64,000 nt of DNA from Eledone cirrhosa (Eukaryota), in the NCBI GenBank assembly GCA_964016885.1, contig OZ024740.1:101618001-101682000 (forward strand), in the 5' to 3' direction. A model generated the notes under the pieces. It was given only the letters and a program-made list of their open reading frames with translations. It searched no databases and was not told where the DNA came from. Position 1 is the stretch's first letter; each line of letters starts with the position of its first letter. The translations under genes were made by a program, and so were the position numbers. Shown here piece by piece: positions 14,135 through 27,904 of this stretch.

Positions 14135-14449
14135 TATATATACAGATATGTATATATATATATATATATGTGTGTGTATGTATGCATACTTAATTTTATG
14201 TATCAGCTGTGCTAGAGTGAGAAATAAAATTCCTATTTTATTCTTAATATACGGTAAGGCCAGCTGCAGCTCGCTCAGTATGCAAATGATGGACTCTCCT
14301 GTTGATTCAACGTATGAGGGTTCAACAATCCTTTCAGTTCATTGTTTTATGTTTTTACCTCAAATGGCACTTCAATAAAGCTGCTGATATATATATATAT
14401 ACATATCAATGATATTAATAAATGGAAACTATATTTATAAAACCATATT

Positions 14450-14514
14450 TATTTTATTATATATATTTCAAGGGTACCCCAAAAAACTTTGGTACGCTCT
14501 CATCAGATAAAATA
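14450..14514 (-). ncRNA. Type I hammerhead ribozyme (PLE-1, inverted arm)
   Basis: Reverse complement of the 18239-18302 motif: tattttat CTGATGA gagcgtacc...ggtaccctt GAAA tatata TA ataaaata. Confidence 0.8.
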
Positions 14515-15242
14515 CAAAATTTGTTTTATAAATAGTGACATACCCGATAAACCAGATCTTATCGGTTCAGGTTCCATTTGGATAGTGAAAGAAAAGGAGA
14601 AAATTTTAAAATCTTTAGGATGGATATGCAAATGAAATAGAAGGGTAGACTGAAAAAATCGTTATATTTAGACGCTAGATAAATTTAAATAATTATTAGG
14701 ATACTTTATAAAAGAAGAAGATGAAGAAGGGGGAAGAAAGGTAGGCTAATATTATTATTAAGGTGCAAGTAGATTTAAAAATTAAAAATTAAAAATGTGT
14801 TGAAGTGGTAGAATACTAATCCAAACATTTTAAAATATATAACCTAATCATGAGTTATAATATTATATATATAATGTATATAATTAGATTTTATGAGGAA
14901 TTAAGGTTGTAAGTACACTTTAGCTTATTATATTACAACCAGTCAATTATATACATATTTATATAAATAGATAAAAATATAAATATTATTGGTGATTATA
15001 CATGCTGTTATTAATTCAAATATAATTTAAGGGTTACGAAGGATATTGTGTTTATATTTTCAATATATAGTAAAGAAAAAGACGTAGTTCGAATTTTATT
15101 ATAGAAGAACTTTTTGTACCTTCAAATAGTTCAATCAAGATAGAAAACATTAAGTTATCGAAAATTATAGAGACTTTAGTATTTATGTTGTTAAGAAGAG
15201 AGGATGCTTTATGCGTGCTAGATTATAAAGGAAAAGGAAAAA

Positions 15243-16731
15243 GTAATAGATTGGTTTGCAGACATTAAATTAAAACATAAGAAAAAATGTATTCAAATGG
15301 ATATTGCAAATTACTACTCCTCAATTACCCCTAGCTTACTTAATAAGGCACTTATTTACGCTTCTAAATATACAGACCTATCTAGTGAAGAAATGAATAT
15401 CATTCTAACAGCACGTAAAACCCTAATCGAATAGACAAGGGCTGATAGACAGAATAACTTTGATATCACTATATGATCATTGGACTCAGCTCAAGTAACA
15501 GACCTCGTTGGATTATTTATTCTTAATGTACTACATAGGAAAATGCCAGAGACGACCGGAGATGTATATCGCGACGATATCTTACTTTTAATCGAAAACC
15601 ATAGCAATAGTGAACTTAACAAGAAAAAGAAATCTATCATAGAATTTTTCAATAACTACAACCTTAATTTAGAAATCGAGAATAATAATAAAACTGTTAA
15701 CTTCTTACATGTAACTTTAAACTTTAACTCAGGTCTATATTACCCTGTCCATAAAATTAATGAAACCCTAAATTACGTAAGTTTCAATTCTAACCATCCT
15801 AGTAATATAAAAATACTATTGTCAATAGTGTCTAGCAACGAATTTCACGCATTTCAGCTAATAAAAATATTTTTGATAATAAGGCAGAATATTACAGTGA
15901 TGCTTTACATAGAGCTGGCTACATGAATAAAATTAAATACATAGATAACAATAACATGCAAAATCTTCCTAAAATTCACTATAATAATAGTAATAAACAA
16001 TTTAACTTAAATAGTAAACCAAACAAAAGAACTAGAACTAGAAATATTATTTGATACTCTCCCTCATTCTCATTAGGGGTTAAAACACCTGTAGCAAAAC
16101 TATTTTCCAAAGCATTAGATAAATGTTTTCCTAAATCCCATAGATACCACTCTATTTTTAACAGACATACTATAAAACTATCTTACTCTACTACCATGAA
16201 CATAGCACAAAATATAAATAGAATTAATAATAGAAACTTAAATTTAAATCTAAACCAATTAAATATTGATATTACTAACAACACTATTAATACTAATAAT
16301 AATAGTACCGTTCCTAGTAACACTAACTCTCGTAAATGTAACTGTAGAAATGAACCTAATTTCCCTTTACAGAATAATTGCTTAGATAAAAACTTAGTAT
16401 ACAAATGCACAGTTAAAACGAGACATAAAATATATAACAATATAGGAGCCACTTCTACAAAATTTAAAGAACGCTGGTATAATCCTAAACATACATTTAA
16501 TAAATCCGATAAAATTTTTCTACATCACTTTCACATCTAATTTGGCACTTAAAAAGACAATAATATTGACTATTCAATCTCTTGGGGAACGATTTCGAAA
16601 GCACCCGCATACCGAAATATGGCTCTCTCAAGAATCTGTCATTTGTGTATTGACGACATTTTTTATATACTCACCTGCCAAAATTCTATCAACCTAAAAA
16701 ATAAATATTCAGTTTTTGCAGACATCAATTG
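15243..16731 (+). pseudogene. PLE-1 reverse transcriptase and GIY-YIG endonuclease, disrupted
   Basis: VIDWF..IQMDIANYYSSI, DSAQVTDLVGLFIL, YRDDIL, VNFLHVTLN, SNHPS, CNCR..CLDKNLVYKCTV..IGATSTKFKERWYN, and terminal CRHQ. Confidence 0.85.
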
Positions 16732-16733
16732 AA

Positions 16734-17193
16734 TATCAATTAAAAAATATAAAAAATATCAATTAAGAAACCTAAGAAGAATATCAATTGGAAAAGAATA
16801 TCTATTTGTAAAAATAATTTGTAAAAATATTACATAAAAAGAAAAATATCATTTAAAAATCACAACTAAACATTGACAGAAGAATAGTGAAGACATATAG
16901 AATGTGAATAAGTGAATTATATACTATAGATTATAAATACTTCGGAAAGTCATTTTTTGGCGATCCAAAAAATGACTTTCCGAAGTATTTATAATCTATA
17001 GTATATAATTCACTTATTCACATTCTATATGTCTTCACTATTCTTCTGTCAATGTTTAGTTGTGATTTTTAAATGATATTTTTCTTTTTATGTAATATTT
17101 TTACAAATTATTTTTACAAATAGATATTCTTTTCCAATTGATATTCTTCTTAGGTTTCTTAATTGATATTTTTTATATTTTTTAATTGATATT
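16734..17193. repeat. About 460-bp near-perfect fold-back (centre 16961-16964) inserted in the end of the PLE-1 ORF
   Basis: ...gtcattttttgg-cgat-ccaaaaaatgac... with arms of about 228 bp carrying repeated aatatcaatt motifs. Confidence 0.92.
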
Positions 17194-18238
17194 TCTTAAT
17201 TGATATTTTGAAATATATCCTTTTTCGTGATAGTTTTCTAAAAACACTCATGAGGTCTCTAATAATATTTTCTTCATAATTGACTATATAGATAATATCT
17301 AAATACATATATAAAAGAAATTCTCATCTTTGAAAACATGTAATATAAAATACCTTATAATCATACATAAAATAATATATAATATAAAATGTTCTCCACA
17401 TAATATAAAATATATAATATAAAATATATAATATAAAATTTTCTCCACATACATTTAAGTAAATTCTAAAATAAATGACAAATCTAACGTAAATAGTGTA
17501 ACTAATAAACATTGGTGTTATCTTTTCCTTTTCTTTTCCTTTATAATCTAGCACGCATAAAGCATCCTCTCTTCTTAACAACATAAATACTAAAGTCTCT
17601 ATAATGTTCGACAACTTAATGTTTTCTATCTTGATTGAACTATTTGAAGGTACAAAAAGTTCTTCTATAATAAAATTCGAACTACGTCTTTTTCTTTACT
17701 ATATATTGAAAATGTAAACACAATATCCTTCGTAACCCTTAAATTATATTTGAATTAATAACAGCATGTATAATCACCAATAATATTTATATTTTTATCT
17801 ATTTATATAAATATGTATATAATTGACTGGTTGTAATATAATAAGCTAAAGTGTACTTACAACCTTAATTCCTCATAAAATCTAATTATATACATTATAT
17901 ATATAATATTATAACTCATGATTAGGTTATATATTTTAAATTTTTTGGATTAGTATTCTACCACTTCAACGCATTTTTAATTTTTAATTTTTAAATCTAC
18001 TTGCACCCTAATAATAATAGCCTATCTTTCTTCATCTTCTTTTATAAAGTATCCTAATAATTACTTAAATTTACCTAGCGTCTAAATATAACGATGTTTT
18101 CAGTCTACGCTTCTACTTCATTTGCATATCCATCCTAAAGATTTGAAATGTTTCTCCTGTTCTTTCACTATCCAAATGGGACCTGAACCGATAAGGTCTG
18201 GTTTGTCGGGTATGTCACTATTTATAAAACAAATTTTG

Positions 18239-18302
18239 TATTTTATCTGATGAGAGCGTACCAAAGTTTTTTTGGTACCCTTGAAATATATATAATAAAA
18301 TA
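18239..18302 (+). ncRNA. Type I hammerhead ribozyme with palindromic minimal stem III (PLE-1, sense pLTR)
   Basis: tattttat CTGATGA gagcgtaccaaagtttttttggtaccctt GAAA tatata TA ataaaata. Stem I is 8 bp. Predicted cleavage after 18294. Confidence 0.82.
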
Positions 18303-18434
18303 AATATGGTTTTATAAATATAGTTTCCATTTATTAATATCATTGATATAATACTCCGGGAAACCTATAAAGCGCTTCGAATCTGTTATAATAAATAAAT
18401 TTGTTGAATTACCAGCAAATTAAATATCTCTTTG

Positions 18435-18481
<47 letters not shown>

Positions 18482-18593
18482 AAATGTGTGAAATCCTTGA
18501 TACAGTTAGGTATATTTAAAAAAAGGAAAAGAATGACTTCACTTGTAGTTCTAAACAATCTAATTTAATTTTATATATATAATTTCATAATAT

Positions 18594-18647
18594 TATAATT
18601 TTACAATTTGGTTTTGTAGATCTACAAAACCAAATTGTAAAATTATA
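18594..18647. repeat. Perfect 54-bp palindrome ending a module related to 27690-27780
   Basis: tataattttacaatttggttttgtaga|tctacaaaaccaaattgtaaaattata. The upstream aaaggaaaagaatgacttcacttgtagt is shared with 27696. Confidence 0.9.
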
Positions 18648-19950
18648 TATATATACACACACACATATATACATATATACATACATATATACATATATAT
18701 ATGAGAATATGCAGAAAATAAGGGTGAACACAGTTGATTAATATGAATAAAAGATTAGTAAATTGGGTAAAATACTCCTATAGACAGAAAAAGTGGCCTG
18801 CAGCTGCTACAGAGAACAATATATATATATATATGAGAAAGAGAGAAAAATATATAAAATATATATATGCGTGCACATGTACACACAAGCATTCTCTGTA
18901 GTCGCTGCTAGCCACTTAACCCATCTTTTACCCAACTTTCTGAGCTATCGTTTATAACAATCGACTCTGTTCACAGTTACGTTTTGTTTGAGATTTTCTA
19001 CATTTCCTAAAAGTTTCATCTCACTTGATACTCCAAAGGTTTGTTTACACATACACGCACACACACGTGTGTGTATATACATATATATACACGTGTGTGT
19101 GTATATATATATATGAGGGAGAGAAAATATATAATGAATATATAGAATGTGTGTGAGGTATCTATAGTGATAATTGTAGAATTTTTAATTTGCCAATTTG
19201 GAAGCATTAAAATGTTAGCTGTGATATTTCTGATACAATTCCTCCTGCACACACACGCCTATTTCTACTTTTTCTGATATTTATGAGAAAAATATTTCTT
19301 TATGCATTAAATTCCAAACACTTATTTAAATTTTTTTTTATATTTCTCATCTTTGTTTTGTTTTTTTTAGTTTGTATTTTCTACAGCTTTATTTACATAA
19401 AAGTTAACTTAAATGACCTTGTGTAAAATTCCATAAATAACAGTTCAGAATGAGACTAACCTAACCCTTTTGATACTAAACTCTTAGAATTTGTTCCTGG
19501 TTCTAGGATACAATACTGTTTGTTTTAGTATATATTCATCAAAATTCTTTCTCTTATGATTTTTCTAATTTAATGTGAAAGTTAATTATATTATTAAATC
19601 ACTCCAAATTCGTGGTTATTGAAAGAAATTAATTGAAAATCACAAGCAGTTTTTCATTAGAAATATGTAAATAAAAGGGTTAATAATTCTCCCTACTAAT
19701 TTTTTATTAATGTTTTGCCCTAGGTTAGTTTGGTTGAGCAGGGTTATGAAAAAATGGCTATCTCACTTTAACCATTGCATCTTTTGATTTCCAGGTATAG
19801 TGTATCTTGAAATACATTAGCTTTTAAGGTGTTAGGATGCGTTTTTAGGGAGATATAATTGCTATTTGTATCATAGAGCAACTGTATATAGACCCCTCTG
19901 GCAATTAGAGAATCTATTTCTTGTTCTGTGTTTATTATAGAATACATCAT

Positions 19951-20290
19951 TGGTGCAGGTATCGATGGGTGGTTAAAAATTTTGCTTCACTGTTTGGCAT
20001 CTTGGACAAGTGTTTTCTACTATGATAACCTTGGATTCACTAATGTCATATGTATGTGTTGACATTGCTAGCACAGGCAAGGATGTTTATTTATGTCCTA
20101 TATAAACAGAACTCCATCAATGACACAATGATTTGATATGTGAAAATCAGTACCTTACTTAAAATTGAATAGGGGTAGCTGTCAGGAAGTGCGTCGACAT
20201 TGAATGTTGTCACAAAAATGTCCCATCCAACCCATGCTAACGTGCAAAAGCAGACACATAAACATAATGATGATGGTGTGGGGATGATGA
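19951..20290 (+). mobile_element. Old, decayed SINE with an RTE-type tail
   Basis: Degenerate tRNA-like head, cttggacaagtg core, and end ccaacccatgctaacgtgcaaaagcagac...(gat)n. Confidence 0.5.
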
Positions 20291-20649
20291 TGCTGCTGAT
20301 GATAAAAGCCATCTTTATCAAATTATTCTGTATTTCATTTCTTGGTTGGATATATATTTTCTACAAATTCATAAATATTTTAGACATTTCTACAGCATAC
20401 ATATGATCAACTTGTACCAGTGAAAGAAAGACAAAAAAACATTATGGGATGGAATATTTGGTTATATCAACTTCATTAGCTAAATGATTGCCAAATCTCA
20501 GAAAGGATGAGACACAAAGTTGATGCTGATAGAAATTTGAACTTCGAATGAAATATGGCAAAATACCATATGACAACTTGTTTAGCACACTACCAATTAA
20601 TTTGGCCCTTAGTTATTTTTAAATCATTCATTCATGTTACAAGATCAGC

Positions 20650-20985
20650 AGTGGTATATCTGGAGTAGTAGACTGGTATAAGTAGTAGAAAGATGGTATG
20701 ACTGGAGTAGTGGACTGGGAGAAGTGGTAGAAAGATGGTATGACTGGAGTAGTGGACTGGGAGAAGTGGTAGAAAGATGGTATGACTGGAGTAGTGGACT
20801 GGGAGAAGTGGTAGAACTGTGGTATAAGATGTCTGAAAAAGAAAATTGTACGAAGTGTTAAAACTGTGGTATATTTGATGGAATGAATTAGTAAATTTGA
20901 TAGAAAACTAGTATGACTAGTAGATGAGGGTAGAACAGTCGTATGTCTGTAGCAGTGGATTGGTAGACGTGGTAGAATATTGGTC
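20650..20985. repeat. 42-bp minisatellite (three near-perfect units plus degenerate flanking units)
   Basis: agatggtatgactggagtagtggactgggagaagtggtagaa starts at 20691, 20733 and 20775. Confidence 0.9.
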
Positions 20986-21591
20986 TAAATATCCAGTGAC
21001 ATTTAGTTATATCTCTCTACATTCAGAAATCAAATTCTGTTGAAATCAACTTTCACTTTCATTCTTTAAAGTCAAAATAGTTCACAGTAAAATCAATTCT
21101 AAAGTTCTACTTCTTAAACCTTTTTGATACTAACATATACAAGAGAACGCTTGGTTATATGATATAAAATGTCTATATTTAAGTTAAAACCTTCCATTAT
21201 AGTTTTATGTAAGAAGCCTTTGTTAATATGTTCCAAAAACCAACTTGATAATGAAAATGTAATTATTTTACTAAACCCTTCTGAATTAGTGATTATTGAA
21301 GTGTAAAAATATGGTAAAGAAAGTGAAATGTGGATGATTTGATTACTATTTTCAGTCAGCCTAAGTGACTACAGAAAAATGTCCCCTCATTGGTTCATGC
21401 TATAAATATTTTGTTTTCCAAAGTTGAAAAAGAATGTACTAAATTTTATAGGGCTCGTATTTTCCTGGTACGTTGTTATAACTAACATCTTTCATTTGTA
21501 GTGTCTTCTTAATATTCTGAGAATCAAAATAGTCCTACAGGGTATAACTCTAGTTAAATAAAACCCTGAAAAACATTACCAGACATCATTA

Positions 21592-21780
21592 TCTGGATTG
21601 GCAGTATCGGTAGAGGGTCAGACACCATGCTTTCCAGCATAGTTACGTCCCTTTACGATCTGAGTTCAAATCCCGCCGAGGTTGACTTTGCCTTTCATCC
21701 TTACGGGGTCGATAAAATAAAGTACCAGTAATGCACTGGGTAATTTGCTGGCCTTGTGCCTAAAGTAGAAACAATTATCA
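21592..21780 (+). mobile_element. tRNA-derived SINE family 1 (Nin/Deu-like central domain)
   Basis: A box tggcagtatcgg, B box gagttcaaatcc, core gcctttcatccttacggggtcgataaaataaagtaccag, end ggccttgtgcctaaagtagaaacaattat. Confidence 0.85.
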
Positions 21781-23451
21781 GGAATGGAATTACAAAAATA
21801 TCTAAAATCTCAGTTTTGATTACATACACTTCACTGGTACTCCAATAATAATAATAATAATTTTTTTCTAACATTGCCACAAGGTCAACAAATTCAGGGA
21901 TTAAATTCACCCCAGTCTTTCTCTGGTACTTTATTTTATTGACCCTGGAAGGATGAAAAACAGACTTGACCCTAGCAGGATTTGAAATCTAAAGGTATTG
22001 TTTGACACACTAACAATTCAGCCAAACCAACTACCATTAATTTCTAACAAATGTGTAAGGCCAGAATGAATTGTTTGGGATAGGGGAACAATCAATTATT
22101 TTTAAAAAGTGTGTCATGAATATCAAAAGTTGAAACTGATGCCCAAGCATACTCATAATCTAATATTTTGAACTAGCAACAGAATAAGAGAGTATATAGG
22201 TCTATGCAGTTAAGAAGTTCACTTCAAAATTACAAGCTTTTGGAGTTGATTATTTTGAGAGTGGCATTTGTTAGGTAGAATATATGTAGCTCTCTATCAT
22301 ACATAATAAGGATAAGTGTATGTATGTACATCTCCAATACAAAGAAATGATGCACAGAAAATACAATCTAATAGAAGAGGATTTTTTATTTGATAGATTC
22401 ACTTGTGTAGAGCACACAAAAAATGAAGTTTTGTAATTGCTCATTAGAAATGTTTCATGGCTACTGTCATCTAGATGAACCTATCAACAGTGAGGGTGAA
22501 TGTTGTCAAAGCACAGTTTCTACTGTCATTAAGTAAGCTACTATCTCTGGTGAAAACAAAGAGCTTGTCTCTCTGAATGAAGGACAGCCTATATGATACT
22601 TGTATACAAAGTATAATATTACATGATAGTCAGACATGGTTGATGAATGTGGAGGATATCAAAGACTTGAAAGAAATTAGACAAGCTTAGTTGGTGGCAT
22701 TATGTCGGCATGTATCAACAGCAGAGAACAAGTGTGATGAGAGAAATATTTGGTATTAGATGAAAATTATTTGCTGTAGTTTGTAAGAGAGAAGAGCTTG
22801 ATGATATGGAACTGAGATGAATATAAAGAATGGTGGTTTTATAAAAATTGCCAAGCAATGATTGAAAAAGACTTTGGCAAATATCCTCATCCTCTGAGTG
22901 TGCTTCTTACAGAGATCGGCATAATTCATTCTCTCCAGTCTGTTTGGTCTGCCATTTCTCACGTTACTTCTTCTCAAGTGCACATTTGCTTTATGTAGGT
23001 TGTGGTCTACAAAACATTTGCTTGCCCATGCATCAGTTCTCAAAGATGAATATCACTGATGATCTCATCGTAAGCTCTCCAGCAATGTCCAGTGAATCTG
23101 GGGCAAACATAGTGAAGTGCAAATTCAGTTTCAATCTACACAATTTCACTTGGGGTGACTTGCGGCTATGGTAAATGATGCTTGCTCAATGATGCTACTG
23201 TTACACAGTAGAATTAAACCCAGGACCTAATGGTTGTGAAGTGAACTTTGTAGCTATTCATGCTTGCTGTGTCCACTAATTATGTTGGTGATTATATACA
23301 AACAGACAAATAAATTGAATGATATATATATATATTTACTTTATATTCCTGCTCTGTAGCTATTTCTCTTACTGGTGATAAGGTAGTAATAAATTACTGA
23401 CCTTTCATGTTTATAGTATATACATAACTATAAATAGTATCATTATTATTA

Positions 23452-23630
23452 TGGTCGGATGCCATGCTTTGCAGCAAAGGGTTACGGCCCTTGCCATTCT
23501 GTGTTCAAATCCCACCAAGGTTAACTTTGTCTTTCATCCTTACGGGGTGGATAAAATAAAGTACCAGTAATACACTGGATAATTGCTGGCCTTGTGCCAA
23601 AAAGTAGAAACAATTATTATTATTATTATT
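23452..23630 (+). mobile_element. SINE family 1, 5'-truncated
   Basis: Same B box, core and (ATT)n tail as the other copies. Confidence 0.85.
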
Positions 23631-24628
23631 ATATATATGAAAATTAATGGAAGATTTTAATATCATATATTCAACAGTCTGTGCTACCATTCCTTGCACT
23701 CTTATTATAAAGTATCACAAACATTTCCTGTCAATATACCATTCATTGATATTAATGATTACTTATATATATATAAATATGTGTGTGTTTGTATTTATAT
23801 ATATGCAATTGTTGTATATCTCTCTGTGTGAGAATATATATGATATATTATGTTAAGCTTGTCTCTTCATCTGTGCATACTGTGAAGAATTTTAATTTCC
23901 AAGAAGATATGAATATGAAATTTTGAAAGATACTAGAGTTGTAGATTTTCTTTGTTTCTTTGTTTATTTCTTTACTGATCATCATCATCGTTATCATCAT
24001 CATCACCATTATCATCATCAGACATTATCACACATGGTATAGATTTAGCTATCAGCTGAGTCTATTGTGAAATTGACACTCCCACCCCACCCTGCCTTTT
24101 TTGGTAAAGATGATCAGGTGCTCTAGCTCTGCTTGGAGACTAGAGTAAATGTTGTTGTTGGTTTCTATGAAGTTGGGAGGTTTAAGGACAGATGATTTCT
24201 TTTTTTTTTTAAGAATAAACCCGCATCACCTTCAATGGGAGGGCAGAAGGTGCTGCCTTCATGTAAATTTTATGAAATTGAGGTGATAGGGGTGAGATTT
24301 GGTATGGTTAAACATGGTTATTCTAAGTATCTGTATGTGGGCACCAAGAATTGCTTTTGGTGTATCATGGTTATCTGCACTGGTGAATGGGGAGTCTGGA
24401 TTCACCCTATGTTGTTTCTACCCCTATTTTAGAAATCTTTTTTTATATTATTTTATTCTATATTATTACTGAAATTTATTATTTGTTAATGTAACTTTAC
24501 AAATTATTGTTCTTCTCAATCTTAACTTCATATACCACCCCCAACATTTTCTTGTTTGTATTTTACTTTTGTACCATATCTAACATCTAGAACCCTTGTT
24601 GCCAATTGAACACATTATTATTATTATT

Positions 24629-24859
24629 GGTGGTGGATTGGCAGTATTGGTAGAGCGTCGGATAATATGCTTTGTGGCATAGAGTTATGGCTATTTACAT
24701 TTCGAGTTCAAATCCTGCCAAGGTTATCTTTGCCTTTCATCCTTACATGGTTGATAAAATAAAATACCAGTATCAAACTGGGATGATTTAATTGACTTTC
24801 TCGTCCACCCCAAATTACTGGGCTTGTGCCTATAATAGAAACCATTATTATTATTATTA
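24629..24859 (+). mobile_element. SINE family 1, full-length, inserted in (ATT)n
   Basis: A box tggcagtattgg, B box gagttcaaatcc, core and (ATT)n tail. Confidence 0.85.
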
Positions 24860-25469
24860 GCTTTTTGTTTGTTACACTTTCATGAAAATATGGCAATTAT
24901 TTTTAAAGAAAGTGTTGCTTTTTCTGGAAGCTTAATGAGTTTAAGATCAAACATTGTTGTTATTGCTCCTATTTTCATTCTTGTTGTTCTTGTTTGATTT
25001 TTTTTAGCTTGTATATATTTATTTATTTTTGTCTAATTTTCTCTCTATTGACATTTTACTTACGAGTGACGCAGGAAAGAGATAGAAAAAATATATATAA
25101 TTAACCTACAATTATTTTGCGTGACTAAATTACTATAAATACAACATGAGAACAGCAACTGAGTGCAAAACTATCTAATGTATCTAAGAAGGAAGATAAA
25201 AAAAAAGAATTGAATAATTTTATTTTCTTCACAGGAAGATCAGTTTCCAAACACGACTGGTAATATTTGATGTTTATGTAATTGTCGTTGTCATGGAATC
25301 CATAATATCCTCTATAATATTCTCTTTAAATTTCCACATATTGGATACCTATACAATAAACTTCTTGTATACTTAAATGTTACATACACTGCCTGCTTTG
25401 TTATGCAGCTTATGGTCAGTTTATGGTACCTGCAGCTCATATATATATAGGTGTGGGGTATATGTATAT

Positions 25470-25702
25470 ATCTTCTTCTTCCTTAGAGGGTCATGCGGGC
25501 AGTCCTCAAACACTCCTTCCAGCGGGTCCTGTCAGAGCAACTGTCTCCAACTGATCTGGCTGGATCCCCAAGCATGACCAGCCAAGCTTATGGATGTTAT
25601 CCAACCAGCGCTTGCTCGGGGTCTACCCTGGGTCTCCTGCCAGTTGGTTTAGCCCGTAAAATCTGTCCACCGATTCTTTCCTGAGACATTTTAACCACAT
25701 GC
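25470..25702 (-). mobile_element. 3' fragment of another RTE-clade LINE with a (GAA)n tail
   Basis: HVVKMSQERIGGQILRAKPTGRRPR, then after a frameshift RWLDNI..DRTRWK. tcttcttcttc lies at the plus-strand left end. Confidence 0.65.
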
Positions 25703-25854
25703 TCATGTGTGTTTGTATATATACATATATGTGTGTGGTGTGTATCTATATATCTACATATGGAGGAGGTGGTTGTGTATATATATATACACACACACAC
25801 ACACATATATCATAGATATACAATATTTATATGTTGTATATATATAACTTTGGA

Positions 25855-26230
25855 TTATTTAGAATACCAACTATTGTTTTCAGAGACATACCTAGGTGTA
25901 GGGGGTTTATCTGGAATTTCTTGGAGGAATCTTTTCAATGACATTTTGAATTTTATGGGATCTGTTTCTGCATTTATGTGTTTTGGTGTGATGTTAAAGA
26001 GAGCGACACCAATTGAGGTGAAATAATTGTGCCATAATGTTTGATTTTTGTAGTGGGTGGATAGCATGGGGCCCAAGCCTTAGGTGTACTTTAAAGATGA
26101 TGCCAACATCATTTGGACAATGTTGATGGAATATTTTCCACATCATGCAGATAATGTAGTGCTCACAGTGGCATTGGAGAGAGTAGAGTTTGAGCTTTTC
26201 TAGTCAACCCCAATTGTCGAGGCCTGTCAT
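25855..26230 (-). mobile_element. Old CR1-group LINE 3' fragment
   Basis: FTSIGVALFNITPKHI..FKMSLKRFLQEIPDKP..NS resembles the C-terminus of the 5455-6087 ORF. Confidence 0.7.
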
Positions 26231-26699
26231 ATTGTTGTTATTGTTAATTATCATTGTATGTTGCATGTACATAGCCCAATAGTATTCATTGTAGTTCCAT
26301 CTATAAATGTGTATGTCCACTCTTATGAAATGAGTCTATTCCACATCATTGATTATATGACTACACCTCTAATCATTCGGACTGTGTTACTGTGGTGCAG
26401 TTATAAATTCCATGTATCTTTATAAAATATATTAATGAGGAGGAGATCCTACCATAAGCTTAGGCAGTTTCAGTAGGTAACTTCTCTAAGCTTACTTGGG
26501 GTATATATATTCTTTATTATGGCTACGTGGTGTGTCTTGTTACTCTGCGGTTTCATTTGTGTACTCACAGGATCATCAAACAAGATTTTCCAGAGGGTTC
26601 TATTAATTTAGACATGGCCTGGGTCAATACTGGCCAAAACCTATCAAAGTTATCAAAATAAGTTATATATATATATCTATACACACTATATACACACAC

Positions 26700-27560
26700 A
26701 CACACACAAAGACAAGGCTGGTGAAAGACTCTCAACTCACTCCAACAGCCATGAACAAGAGATTCAAGATGCTTCATGTTCAACTCTCCGGGTACAGCTT
26801 CATCAGTTTCATCTCCACTTATACACTGACTCTCATCACAATGAAAACATTATGACCAAACTTTCCTGGCATCTGAACACTGTTTGCTCCAATGTACTAC
26901 CTGATGACAAGCTATTCTTGTTTGATGATTTCAATGCGAGAGTATAAACAAAAAACTATCTCGTGTGGGAAAACATCAGGGGAAAACAAGGTACTGGAAA
27001 CTGCAATGCAAATGATCAGATACAACACAGATTATGTACAGAGCATGAATTTTTCATTACCAACAAAATTGCTTTAAAATTATGTGGTTGCGACCATGTT
27101 CTAAGGATTGGCATATCTTTGACTACCTTATCACTTTTCTATATGGCAAGACAGTAAGAAAGGCGTACTGTTGGACAAACCACAAACTCTCCATAAGTCA
27201 ATCCAAAATTTATGTTCTGGTCATAAACCACGGGTCCACTTAAAATTTCAACCATGAAAAAAGTTCAACACAGAAAGATTAAGCTGAGGGATTCCAATAA
27301 TACATCAGTGAAAAGCTGGTAGAAATCCCCACCATTACCAAGGACACCAATACAGAATGGACAACAATCCGGAATATCATCTAAAAAGCAGCTGAAAATA
27401 TCATTGGCTTCAGGAAAAGGAATAAGGATTGGATCAACGCAAACAACGAAGAAATCTCAAGGCTAATCAATGCTAAAAGATATATTCATCTATCCCATTA
27501 ACAAGACCTAACCTCAAGCATAAAGAAAAAAGTGTTTTCAAGACCTCAAGTGGAGAATTG
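26700..27560 (+). mobile_element. Heavily decayed RTE (BovB-like) endonuclease region
   Basis: DFNARV and WENIRGKQGTGNCNAN..LCTEHEFFITN motifs across frames. Confidence 0.6.
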
Positions 27561-27784
27561 ATTGACAAGAAAATCATTGGAAAATCGATTAATAAGCTCT
27601 TCTGCTTCTTTGATAGCTCTTGCAACAATTGCAGCATCATAAGCAAATAGTGTCATGTATCATTGGCATATATATATATATATATATTTGAAATAAAGGA
27701 AAAGAATGACTTCACTTGTAGTGTTAAAAAAATTTTGATTTAATTTTATAATATTATGAGTTGGTAGATCCAGTAAGTTCTTTG

Positions 27785-27904
27785 TTAACTTCGGTGGGAA
27801 GAATTTTAAAGATTCCTCGTTAACTTGGGTTGGAAGAATTTTAAAGATTCCTCGTTAACTTGGGTTGGAAGAATTTTAAAGATTCCTCGTTAACTTGGGT
27901 TGGA
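27785..27904. repeat. 35-bp tandem repeat (about 3.4 units)
   Basis: ggaagaattttaaagattcctcgttaacttgggtt repeated. Confidence 0.92.

Larger units (their letters stand above)
14403..18430 (+). mobile_element. PLE-1 Penelope-like element: inverted pLTR (14403-15242), 5'-truncated RT/GIY-YIG, sense pLTR (17528-18349) and tail
   Basis: Inverted repeats of about 830 bp flank PLE RT and endonuclease remnants. Each repeat contains an HHR. Flanks are (TA)n. Confidence 0.88.

Noticed and set aside
20650-27904. 42-bp and 35-bp repeats as CRISPR-like arrays
   Set aside because: The units are head-to-tail with no unique spacers, and the context is eukaryotic with no cas genes.
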